A stretch of DNA of 64,000 nt from Tubiluchus corallicola (taxonomy: Eukaryota; Animalia; Priapulida), in the NCBI GenBank assembly GCA_030141605.1, contig JAQGDQ010000006.1, positions 682,001 through 746,000 on the forward strand, in the 5' to 3' direction. Positions 41,601 to 53,635 of the stretch are shown here, piece after piece. Under the pieces are notes generated by a model. The model was not told the DNA's origin. It was given only the letters and a program-made list of their open reading frames with translations, and did no database searches. Within the stretch, counting starts at the first letter, position 1. Each line of letters opens with the position of its first letter. The position numbers and the translations under genes were made by a program.

Positions 41601-44600
41601 ACTTACATATTTCTATATGTTTCTTTACATAATAATAATAATATTATAGTTTTGTGATATATTTATATTGTTTGTTAGTTAAGGTTGGTTATTTTATTCA
41701 AAAATCATGTGGATGTTTTATATAAATTCATTTGTATTTATTTGATATTATTAATTAAGCTGTGTCTGTGCTGTACAATCTGGAGAGAGAATGATTGTTG
41801 TCTACTAGACTGCATAACTCATTTCAGGATGTTAATCCAAATTCACCAGCTTCGTTAGCAGGATTTCGACCGTACACTGACTACATAATAGGTGCGGATT
41901 CAGTACTCCATGAAGTAAGTAGCTGTAAGCTTATGATATAATACTGTAGATGGTTAAATGTAAACAGTTGTTGTTGCCAGGCAAAAATGTGTAGCCCACA
42001 ATTAGACAACTCGAAAAATCTCCCAATAGCTGCAAATAATTTGTTTTTTCTTGTCCCTATATAGAGTTGCAATTGCATAGAATACTCCCACATCACATCA
42101 CACCCATTATATTGCATTTATAATATTACCTTAGTTTATGAATGCAGTAACCACTTAATACATATTCAAATTCTGGGTGAATAATGCTTTTTTGTCTTAT
42201 TTTACGTTTGCTATTGTTTCCAAATAGAGGTTTAATAAAGACTTATAATAATGATAATGATAATGGTAATAGGAATGATGATAATGATAATAATAATAAA
42301 TATGTTGTTGTTCCTTTTAATTATTACAGTCAGAAGACTTGTTCACATTAATTGAAGCTCATGAGGGAAAACCATTGAAGCTATACATGTACAACAGTGA
42401 GACAGACAGCTGCAGAGAAGTCAGCATAGCACCCAACAGTGCCTGGGGAGGAGAGGGAAGGTAAAGCAAATAAAAAAGGATAATTGTTATTATAATTGTG
42501 TGTATGTTTTTGCTTTGTTGTGTGATTTTTTATTTTGTGCATTTTGAAGTTATTAATTCATACAAGGTTACTATTAATGTAAGTAGCAGCATGCATTTAA
42601 ATTAAATCATTTTGAGCATTTTCTACGATATAACTTAGACACTTGGGTGACTTGACGTAAAGCTTATAATTTAAAATTTTCATCGTACTCTACAGAACTT
42701 TTAGACATGCTTACTGTTTGGGCCATCATGACACTGTTGAAATCAATTGATATTGTGTCCTCAGTCTGGACAAGCAAGCTATCTGTGCTAATTTCGTAAC
42801 ACAGTATTTATATAAAAAAGATGTGCAACCTAGTCTAAATCATAATCAATGGAGTATATTTTAGTAGATAAGTAATATTTAAAATCACTGTAAATTTTTG
42901 TAAAATCTTATCAAATGTTGTCATATACAGAGATGTTACTGAAACTGGAATTGCAACCAAAGCCGAACTTTAAGAAACATGGGAATCAATACTGAAACGA
43001 ATACAAACCGAAATCATTTCTGTAAAACAACCTGCTACTAAAACCAAAACAAAAACAAAATCTGAAATGGGTAAAATACTTTGTTTTTGCTTGTCTGCTT
43101 TTATTTGCTCTAATACAAACTTGATAAAATAGCTGGCCAATAAAAATGTGTATGTATTACACGATAGTTGAACTAAAACTTTCTGAACTAGCAATACTTA
43201 CAGCATAGCTACCAAACAAGTAACTAGTAAAACGTGAAACAGCTAGTTAAATGCAATACAAGCAAATACAAAAACTGTGCTTAAAAACCTTAAAGCTTCA
43301 AGTCATCAGCGCTGAAGGTATGTTGCATTTCCATAAAAACCAGATTTAACAGACACAATACACGGAACTACTTTAGCCAAAATGTTTTAGTGGTTTTTTA
43401 ACACTTAGAAGGTAAGAAAAGGTAAACTGGATGAATACTATTAAAATCTCTGAAAAATACTACTAATCTTAAATCTAGTCTTAATCTTAAAATTATACTG
43501 ACAATTACTGAAAGTTTCAGCTATGAAACTTACTAAATTTTGATGAAAACGAAACTGAACTGAAAGAGCAACTATCGGCAAACCACATAATCTGGTAACA
43601 ACTCTGGCCCCCGTATGTATGTATGTATGTATGATATATGTAGCCTAAAAATGGAAATGATTGTATGTTAGATGCTTTTGTGATTGGTGAAATCAGTGTT
43701 TCAGATTTGTCAGCGAAAAAAGTTCGTTTCTACTATTATCTACAGTTAAAATTTGCTTCTGCTAAGTTGAACTATGAACGAATTTAGTCATTATTTTATA
43801 AGTAACCTTATAAGTAATTATTTTTAATAATTATTTTATTTATGTCTAACAGTCTAGGTTGTGGCATTGGCTATGGCTACCTGCACAGGATACCTGGAAA
43901 ACAAGAACATGCTCATACAAAAGGTGGTGTGAAGGTGAGACTATATCTTCAATGAATCAAAATTGCCTAAAAATACTCACCTGTTATAGGTTAAATTGGG
44001 ATTCAAATATAGCGCAAAAGCTTGCTAAGTTTGCATAATTCTGGGTATTGGGCGAGAATATCCCCTTTCGTAGGAGGAGTATGCAAGTAAAACTTAAAAA
44101 GAAGCTAGTTTAATCAGATAAACATGTTAGATAGCTAGATAAAAGAAACTAGATAAACAAATGGTCACGGCACATGTTTTACTCTGGAAGTTAAATAGTA
44201 AAACAATACCAATGTTGTTCAATAAATGAGTGAGTGAACACCAAGTTCAGTACTCAGTCTGACTGTTTGTTTCATTTACCATACTGATTTTGGCTATTTA
44301 CATTGTTGAGGAAATATGCATGTGCATCTCATACAAGCTTTAAACATTTCAGTTAGATGAGAATCTCTTCTTGGAGGATTAACAACAGTCGATAATAAGA
44401 CAGGCTTCGGGATTCCTCCACAATTACCTTGTTTAAGTAGGCCCTGCTATGTGGTGCTGGATTGCAGCTTGTGGAGTGTTGAACTGTATCTAAGACATAT
44501 AAAACGGGTGTTTCAGTGTTATAGTGAATAGATTTTTAATTGTGTTTTTGCATAGCCTATGTTAACTACACCAATTGGAGGCAGTGTTTCAAGTGAGGTG

Positions 44601-46776
44601 TCAAAAAGTCAACCACCCATTACTGTTCCTACACAAGGCAATCAGCTGAATCCTCTTGTTGCAGGTATTTCATGAATTAAAATGTATACTTTTAAACTTT
44701 CAATTAAAATTTGCAGTAAATTTGATTTTCTTGTTTTCTAGCAACATTGCTTTCTTTCTTTTGCTAATAGTATAAATGTGTACACTATGACTTCTTTTTT
44801 TGTAGAAAACTAAGTGTGATGATTTATTTAGCATCTGCATATATACCAATAGTTCTCTTTTCATTATTCAAGCCTCACTTACTTCATGCACATAACAATT
44901 TCGGCACTGAGTGAATTTTTACCCAGGAATGAATAAATGCAAAATACTACTGCACCTTATCTGTTGATGGTGCTTATAAATAAATCGTCAGAGGTCTTTT
45001 TTGGTGATAATATAATAAACGATTAAGCCCAGTATGCCCAATGCCCAATACAGATACAGACTTTTTTCTATACATATTTTTAGAAACATGTCTACTTTAA
45101 TGAAAATAATATGTAAGATTGATAAATTATTTCATTTTCTTTTTATAAATAAGTAATGAAAACTTGAGTTTAATTCATAAGTAAGATTTATTGGTACTGT
45201 AGTGAAATGCACTCACTGCATGTGTTTTAATATTTGTTTTGCATTAGTGAAGTAATACTGTAGTCAGTGCAGTTGACATACAAGTTATCAGTTAACACGT
45301 GCTGCAGCAAAAATATGTAGATTTAATAAAGTGTACATTCGCCAGATATTTTTAACAGATATATTCAGTAATGAAATGTATAAAGTGCATGCAAAGCTGT
45401 TGGACGAGGCTTAACTTTAATATTCTAATAATTTGTTTGCATTGTTTTTAGGTGTGCCAACAGTGCCAGTGAGTGGAACTGAGCAAGCAGCTATTACAAG
45501 TGGAGTGATACCATCTATTGCTTCACAAGCATTATCAACACAATCATTTACAGGTATTTTAAGAACAGATCAAAATATATATAGTAGCTGCAGGTATATT
45601 TTAAGGTGACTTTTTATGTTACCATTTTATTTTGCAATGCACTCTTTCTTCCTAAGATTTTGCATGTGCAAATAACTGTAGTTTGCTAAATGAAGTAGTA
45701 GGATCTAATATGTCTGAATAAAAACTGTGATTGAATAAAGTGCACACATCTATGCATCTAGTCAGTACTTTTGACTCAACAAGTTCCTCCAGGTGAATTC
45801 AGCAAAAAGTTTGTTAAGATCGTGATAAAGAAATATCAAGAATATCGGCATGAACCCTAGTTTTAATGGCATAGGAACTAATAAAGTTTCATTAAATGCG
45901 AAGACATCAAACTGTAGATAGGATTCAGTGCTAAATCTACCAGATATGTGGCCATTTAAACTGACAAACATGCCAAAATGGTGATCAACATATCTAACTA
46001 GACCAAAGTTAGTTTACCATTTTAATGTATTTTTTGCCAGTTTAATTTATTTGATTGAGTATTTTCAAGTAATATTGCCAAAATGTTACAGCTAAAACTA
46101 GTGCACCTGTAACAAGACACGATGAAAACATACCTGGTTTGCCGAATGCTACGATGCCACCTTTACAAACGCCGATTTCGCTACCAGGAATGCCACCAAT
46201 TACTGTTAATTTAAACAATCCTCCACCCATTACAGGTAACTGACTACATTATGATATTTGAGCTCAATTTAAATATTAATAATCAACAATCGTGCGATAC
46301 AACTGATTTTAAAAAAATAGTAATGACGCATTTTTAGCAAATTTAGAAGCCCATTGCATGAGCAGCATAAAAATGTTGGTACATTTCATTTTTCTAGGGC
46401 AGTGGTCTCTTCATTTACGATTTGTAATAATGAATATGTTCTATTTTAAAAACTCTGCATAATTTAATTCCAGGAGCAACTTTTTGCACTGTGTAGTTGA
46501 CTTCAGAAGAAGCTAAGTAAAAGATCATAGTGTCACCATCCTAGTTAAATTTACTAAATTCCCATATAATTTCTTTTAGACATGTCTGTTGGACCAGTAA
46601 CTGACCTACCAGCAACATCGGTTTCAGATTTTGTAAAAACTTTGAGTACTGTTCCTCCGCCTGCACCACTTCCAGATCTGTCGTCATTGTCGCTGTCACA
46701 TGAACTTGGAGTGAAGCTTGTCAATGGAGAACAACCTGAAGCAACTGCAAGTGATAGTCAAAGTGCGGAATCTTAA
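38620..46776 (+). CDS. GORASP2: Golgi reassembly-stacking protein (GRASP55/65 family), 399 aa
   Basis: Exons 38620-38682, 40273-40353, 41207-41410, 41828-41914, 42330-42460, 43853-43934, 44556-44664, 45452-45553, 46092-46235 and 46580-46776 (1200 nt). It has a myristoylation-type start [59 protein letters not shown] and a Ser/Pro-rich tail. Probably the single invertebrate GORASP1/2 co-orthologue. Confidence 0.95.
42928..43606. mobile_element. Degenerate hAT-like MITE
   Basis: Imperfect TIRs CAGAGATGTTAC and GTAACAACTCTG with many subterminal AAAC(T/C)GAA motifs. No clean TSD. Confidence 0.5.
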
Positions 46777-48249
46777 ATATTAATACAATGCTGACGTGAA
46801 ATTGTGATTTGGCCTACATAGAACAAATGCATGCATCAACTATGATATGTATACTAGTTTTTGGAAAGCTGTTTGTTACATTGTTAAATCATTTGTGGTT
46901 TCTACAGCTTTAGTATGCTTCAATCGTAGTAATGTTTAAATCTGTGCAACACTTTTTGAATAATATTTATGAAGCAATATTTGCTCCATTTATTCAACAC
47001 ATAAGCTTTTTTTATGTATTTGAAATCAAAATTTTCTTCTAAGACTTGTGATAAGAAAATTATCCAAATTATCCTCACAATTTGTTTTCCATTAAACAAA
47101 GATTGCAACTTTTAGATTTGCATTCTTGTTACATTATGAGACACTATTGCACTGTGCCTTATAATGCAATATTTGCAAACTTATTTGAGGTGAAACATTA
47201 AATATAGCATTAAGTATATTGCACACTTTACACAGAATTCGGCTTTGCTAGAAATTATTAACCAACAATTTATTCTGTGATGGTATTATTAAATTAAATG
47301 TTTGTTGGCAAGTTAGACAAGGAAAAGCTGTGTAATATCACTGTACCCATTATTTTCTTTTGTAGATTGTAATAAAGTGACAGTGTGACTAATATATTTG
47401 ATCGTGGCTGTACATAGGATGCTATGCTATTGTTATAATTGGCTGCCTAAGGTAGCCTAGTGAATTTTTATATATAGAATCTTGTCACTTTATATAAATG
47501 ATAAAATGCAATTCATATCAAAACTCTCAAAAATGTGCAGTTTGGAAGATCATTGTTATCATCGACCATCATTACATATTATTTTGATTATGCTTCACTT
47601 TGCATAATTGCAGTCGTGTTTCAGAATTTGACTGTGAAAGGACTGCACATTCATGACCATTTGAAAACCTTGCATTATAGTTTCATAATGGGACTATATA
47701 TATTAGTTTAAAATTTTGTCGTGAACCCACAGTGACCTACCAGTGGCTTTAAAACATTGAAGGTCATTTTTTAATGATTAAGCTGTGTAGTGGTTCAAAT
47801 ACTAGTACATTATACTCTGTGCATAACAGCAATGGGTGTAAATAATATTTAATAGTTGTAGGGATTTGACGTAGTGTCAAGTTTCGCAAAACTCTTTGTT
47901 CATACAAGATTTTTTCATGAGAGAGAACCAACTGCAGAGTTACTTAAACATTTATACATTATGCTGTCAAATTTAAAGTATATTTTCAAATAATACAACT
48001 TTGAGCTAAGGAATAAGCATTATGTTTGTTATTTTCCTAAATACCATCAGTAGTGATGGTTGATATGTCATACTGTATTTATAACACATAAGGGCCTTTG
48101 ATATTACAATTGCTTCAGTAGTATTGGATCATTAAAACACTTCATAAACAATCTTTGTTATCTTACTGTTTTTATAACATTTAAGCAGAATAATGATCCT
48201 AATTACATAATCACAAGGGTATTGGGCTCTGCCTTTCTTTCTTCATGTG

Positions 48250-49956
48250 TTAAAGCTTTGCATCATGATCATTTACATATGTGACCAAAAGCTTCGGCAG
48301 ATGGTTTATGTAAGAAATTTTGTGTTTAATTATCGCCTTTGCCGCTAAACATTGCAAATTCATTGCATGCATTCGTATCGATATGATATTATTAATATAA
48401 TTTAACAATGCCATACATTTTTCTGGATGCTTTACCATATATTCACCACTGTTTGCCTGCTTTTGATAGTTATAAGCTTGCTGCCATTGTTCATAGAGTG
48501 TAATGATGCCTGGTGGGCTTTTATGAAATATGAAACAAACGCAAGTCTTGGCATGCATTTGTAACGTGTACTGCATTGTCTTTATGGAGAGTTCTTGCAG
48601 TTTAAACTTCCTTTGCTTTTGGCTCCAACTGTCTGTCTGTTGATTTAATTCTTGGCACAGAAAACTGAATATTCTGCTTCCTTGTCCCGAACCTAGGAGA
48701 TGTACAGCGGTATCGCCATAATGATTAGCTACATCTACAGAATTTTGAAGAAGATATTGAAGCGCATGTTCTGTTGACGTCTTACACTCTAACCAGGATA
48801 GTCCAGATTGAGTAACACATGTAGATATCATTACTGCTGCAGTTCTGCAGGCATGGTGAAATGGCAAGTCCCCACTGTGATCTACATTCGTAATGTCTGC
48901 ACCTTTGATAATTAATTTCCGTATTAATCCAGGATGCACTTTACTAGCTGCAAGGTGAAGCGCTGTGTGTCCCTTACTGTCTTTAACATCATGGTAGTCG
49001 TTACAATCTAAGATTCTATGTGCAACCACCATATTACTCATCATTATTGCATAGTGAAGAGCAGACATACCCTGTTTATCCAGAATACTGGTCTGAGAGT
49101 TATACTTGAGCAATTCATCAGCAACATCTACTACTCCAGGAATATCACAGGATAGCTTTGATACTAGATGCAGTGGCATTTCTCCTAAATCATTTGCTGC
49201 ATGTGAATAGGTTTTAAACAGCGGTCGCAGTAGAGTTTTTGTGACATGGATGTCACAGTACCTTAAGGCATAATGTAATGGTGTATCACCGAAGGGAAAC
49301 GTAGCCCCATGTTCATATAAGGCAGCTAAAATAGATGACTTTGGCACATTGTAAGAAGATTCGAGTTGCACTGCAAGAAGCAATGGCGTTTCCCCTTGTT
49401 CATTAAGAGCATGGACATCAGCACCTCCTTCCAAGAGCTTTTTGACTAGATAACTATTGCCTAAATGGCAAGCTACATGAAGTAATGTATTGCCATTATT
49501 GCTAATGTTTTGTAGCTTACTAGCCAACATTTCTAGAATTCGACCTTGCGGGTATGCCGACTGTAACTGATATGTTAAACGTAATGGGGTGTCTTGATTA
49601 TTATTTTTAACGTTTACGTTTGCACCATATTGCAGTAGCATATCTACTAGACTTACGTGACCATGTGTGCATGCCACATGTAAGAGACTGTTGCCATAGT
49701 TGTCAGGCACGTTTGTTGATATGCCGCTTCTTAGTAACGTCTTGATAATGACCATGTACTGACAATAGAGCTGAGAACCTGTGGTTACCTCTGATAGACA
49801 TTGCACGGCTGACCATATAGGCGTTTTGCCATTAATGGTCAACGAGTCATTGTTATCGTCATTGGCATTTTCAACATAGTCTTCATTATCTTCAAGTAGT
49901 TTCTCCACTAGCTCAAAATCTGCATGTTTAATGGCATCATGAAGTGCGCAGTTCAT
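48250..49956 (-). CDS. Intronless ankyrin-repeat protein with C-terminal FEM1-like BC/VHL (SOCS-like) box, 568 aa
   Basis: Uninterrupted ORF with roughly ten ankyrin repeats (GNSLLHVAC, GETPLLLA, GDTPLHYA, GMSALHYA, GHTALHLAA). It ends in NLQCLAAKAIIKHKISYINHLPKLLVTYVNDH, and an in-frame stop lies upstream of the ATG. Confidence 0.9.
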   Translation of the reverse strand: MNCALHDAIKHADFELVEKLLEDNEDYVENANDDNNDSLTINGKTPIWSAVQCLSEVTTGSQLYCQYMVIIKTLLRSGISTNVPDNYGNSLLHVACTHGHVSLVDMLLQYGANVNVKNNNQDTPLRLTYQLQSAYPQGRILEMLASKLQNISNNGNTLLHVACHLGNSYLVKKLLEGGADVHALNEQGETPLLLAVQLESSYNVPKSSILAALYEHGATFPFGDTPLHYALRYCDIHVTKTLLRPLFKTYSHAANDLGEMPLHLVSKLSCDIPGVVDVADELLKYNSQTSILDKQGMSALHYAIMMSNMVVAHRILDCNDYHDVKDSKGHTALHLAASKVHPGLIRKLIIKGADITNVDHSGDLPFHHACRTAAVMISTCVTQSGLSWLECKTSTEHALQYLLQNSVDVANHYGDTAVHLLGSGQGSRIFSFLCQELNQQTDSWSQKQRKFKLQELSIKTMQYTLQMHAKTCVCFIFHKSPPGIITLYEQWQQAYNYQKQANSGEYMVKHPEKCMALLNYINNIISIRMHAMNLQCLAAKAIIKHKISYINHLPKLLVTYVNDHDAKL

Positions 49957-52900
49957 ACCTAGGATCTGACTATGATGTAGCAGTTTTTGGCACCAGGTGT
50001 TACTAGAATGACGTAACTTTTAATTTAATTCCGTTTCAACACTGAACGTTTTGCAATTCTGTAATTAGACTAAGAACAATTACAACACAAAAATTATTCA
50101 AAAAAGCCTTGCAGATGAACAGAAGTTCCACTCTGCTTTTCCTAATAAGATGCAGATGACAACAGCAACAGCACTTTGAACTTTCCTCAGCGTCTCTGGC
50201 TTTACGATATACAAGCAAGCTGGCCCAGTTAGAGCGACCTGGTTTTGAGATGTTACTATCTCCGTTTACATTGGTTCATTCGTTGAATGCAAGCGGGCTA
50301 TTTTTGTTTGTCAGAAATTTTATCCCACCACAATATATAGTCTGGAGTTATGTTTCTTATACTAAAGCAAACGGTTGAAGTTATTTTGATTATGGATATT
50401 TGTGCGGGAAAGCCTTCGCATTTAAGCACAAGCTGTAGTTGTAAAAGCCTTTAACTGGGGAAAGTAGTTACGATCTCTCCGTTATATACAGAGTTTATTG
50501 AAGCCTTTATCGAAATTTGTGTTATCGCGGCTGATGAACCTGGGCAGTCTTTTAAAATAATTATGATTACGTAGTCAAAATACTGTATTTTATGCTGCGC
50601 AGCTTGTGGTAGTAATAAAATGTATTGTCATACGTTTCAATCCCATCCGCATTGCAACATTGGAAAGGACGCTTGTAAATACGCATTAATTAGTAAGTGG
50701 ATCCAGACCCTGCCCACCTATTAATGGAGAAAAATTAAATATAGGGGTGTCCCGTTTGCCATGTTAAAAAGGAAAATTTATCGTAATGTTCTACGACTCT
50801 GGATAGCTTTGCGAAGTCAGGAAGCCTGTTTATACTCAAGTTAGCCACTGGCTACTTTATTCTCAAAGTAAAATAGTGTACAATGTGTACTACAGCGTAA
50901 TATGCAGTTACTCATGGTATTATTGAACTTCACGCTGACTGGCACTCTTGTCCCAGGCAAAGAAGCATCTAGTTTTGATCAAGAATCCAGAATGTCGTTT
51001 CGGATTTAATAAAATTCGAATAATAAACGGACTAATATTTTAATCTTGAATAATAAAGTAAAAGTAACCTTTAAGTTCTGATAAGAAAACAGTAGCACAG
51101 AGGCAACAGTTGCGGCAATTAACAAGGCGTTGGCTGTAAGAATTTTTAAATTAGACTAGCTGGCTCGAAAATGGGCTGAAATGCACGAAAATGTGTCTGT
51201 GGAGGGTGTTATCACACGCCCACTGGGGTAGTGAGTAGTGCACCCTGCAGAGTCGCGCGAAATTGTGTAATTTCTTTAAGCAGTTTTATGCTACGTAGCG
51301 TAGCCTTTCATCCTACACTCCTGGGCCCTAATCCACCCACATAATATTAGTCCGAGTCCCGACACCATGCTTTTCCCTTCCCATTTCCGATAACCTAGTC
51401 GTGCACTAGACAGTAGACACGTGCACTTGCCAACGTACCAGTCTGCCAAAAGTGCGAAACCCGTCAAACTTTTGACGACTACACGTGGCTTCATCTAATA
51501 CAACACAACGCATTAATATAGTCTTTTAAATTATTAAATGGACCCCCATTCAGGCAATCAATCAGTGTACCATTGAAAGGAATCTGCTTACAAGATATAT
51601 TTTTAGTTCAGGACATCTCCCACGCCTGAAGTTTGCTCGGCAAGCATAATAGAAAAATGAATTACATAGGCCCATTTATGATTATCGAGTTGACGAGGCT
51701 ACCTCGAAATAGACAAGGCGTGTATTCGATTATGTCACCGAAAGCGCTTATTTTATATTGTCAATCGAGCATTTGCCGCATTGTCAATATTGTATTTGTC
51801 TAATAATATATAAAAAAAATATGAACCTTGCTGATTAAAATAAAACGTAAAAGGCAAAGCAATTTTAGCCTTTGACGCATTGAGTTAAAACCTAGATGTC
51901 AGCATATAACATAAAAAACATACTTCGACGCAAAATAATTATTTTAGAAAATGGATACATTACTAGCTTTTTAGTGGAAATGTTAGTAAATAACTTAAAA
52001 AGTGATTATAATAATGATGTTTAAAAACAGCATTAAACATTGAACATTTCCATGGCTCTCTGTAGCTTCATGCTGTGAGTCTTTAACAAGAAATTAAATT
52101 TTCATGGAGCTGGTGGGTTTAGCAACATGAGAGGTTTAGCAGTGTGGCCAGTTTGGCAGCATGGCAATTAAATTTGGCAGCGCGGCAATTAAGTTTGCAC
52201 CATGCCGAGATTGGCAGTATGGCAGCTTGACAGTTTAGCAGTGTAGCAACTATGATGAGGCGTTATTCAGCAGCTAGGGCATGGGGAAGAAGTATTGGAG
52301 CACGAAAGAGGAGGGAGGCTATCATTAAGAGGGGCTATAAATGTCATCAGTAGCTCATATGGCAGTCCAATGAGATAATTTAAAATTTCGTGCAGATCTG
52401 CGTGCTGCACTTCCCGAGTGAGCTTATAGGAGGCATTAAACCCCCCCCAGGCCCCCTAGCTGAATGGCTGTGCTTCCCTGATTTCCACGTACACCCGTCA
52501 TATCTTGACTCCCTTTCAGAAAGACATCTAGCTGTTAATGTTCTAACTTGCTGCAAAGATATAAGACTTCCTTGGTTCTTGTGAGGATCTGTGGAATTTG
52601 CTCTGCATTTTTCTGCCGGTTTTGGTGAAAATATTACGAATATTGTGGCAAACCTAAATGGTTGCATTTTGAACGTGAATAAAGACAGATTTACGCGATG
52701 GGGTTTTTGTAACTATAAATGAATGACTCAAAAATTAATAATGAAACTTTAGTACTTGAATTTGCAAAATTTCGCCAAAGACACCTATGTAGCCTAACAT
52801 TTGTTTGTATAATCGTTCTAACCACTTGCTGTTCATTAAGATGGCTTTATATTGGCTTTATACATGGCATACCTTGTACTGTTGAAATGCTCAACTCATG

Positions 52901-53635
52901 AAAGCCTAGCATGCCACTCCCAGGATACAATCGTTTTGGTTCGAATTGCGGTTCCATCCGTAAAGAAAAAATCCGCATCTGTAGTCTACTATAGCATATC
53001 TGTAACATGTTTAACTCCCCATCCGTTTAGTCTGCAAAAATCCGTGGATTTTGGTTCTGTTAACCTATGGGATGATTGCAGCTTAAACTACACCTAATGA
53101 CAAATGTCTTGCATTTGTAGAAAAAGGGGGTCAAGAGTTTGTTTAGAAATGAGTAAATTATGTTCAGTGTGAGGATATCGAGCCATCTTATTTTCCCTAT
53201 AATTCCACCATAACATGCAGTCATGCATTGAATAGCACCTGGAAGAGATGATCAATCACAATAAAAAATTTTCAGTATCAGGTGTTTACTATTTACAAAG
53301 TTTTAGAGTAAAACAAGTGATCGTGTTAATATAATCATGAAGGAAGTATAACTTAATTATAAAAAACAAGAAATTAAATTGAATTATGAGAGATATTTTC
53401 CTGATAAATTGTTAGTGAGTTACTTTCTGAATAATTCTTCAAGAAATTTAATTAACATGAGTATTATGATCCATTCCAAGAAACAAGGTGCTGAGGCGCG
53501 GACATCTTTGACAAAATCACTTGGCCATAGATTGAAACTTTCGACGAGGCTTGTAAATAAATTTACCGAATTGAATAAAAGATCGTGTGTACACTGTACA
53601 GCAGTGCTCTTCATTTTTTCAACAAAACAAGCAAA

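Noticed and set aside
51325-51398. CCCTAA and TAACCTA as a possible telomerase RNA template
   Set aside because: Neither gives a convincing 1.5-repeat template, and the H/ACA-like hairpin is on the opposite strand.
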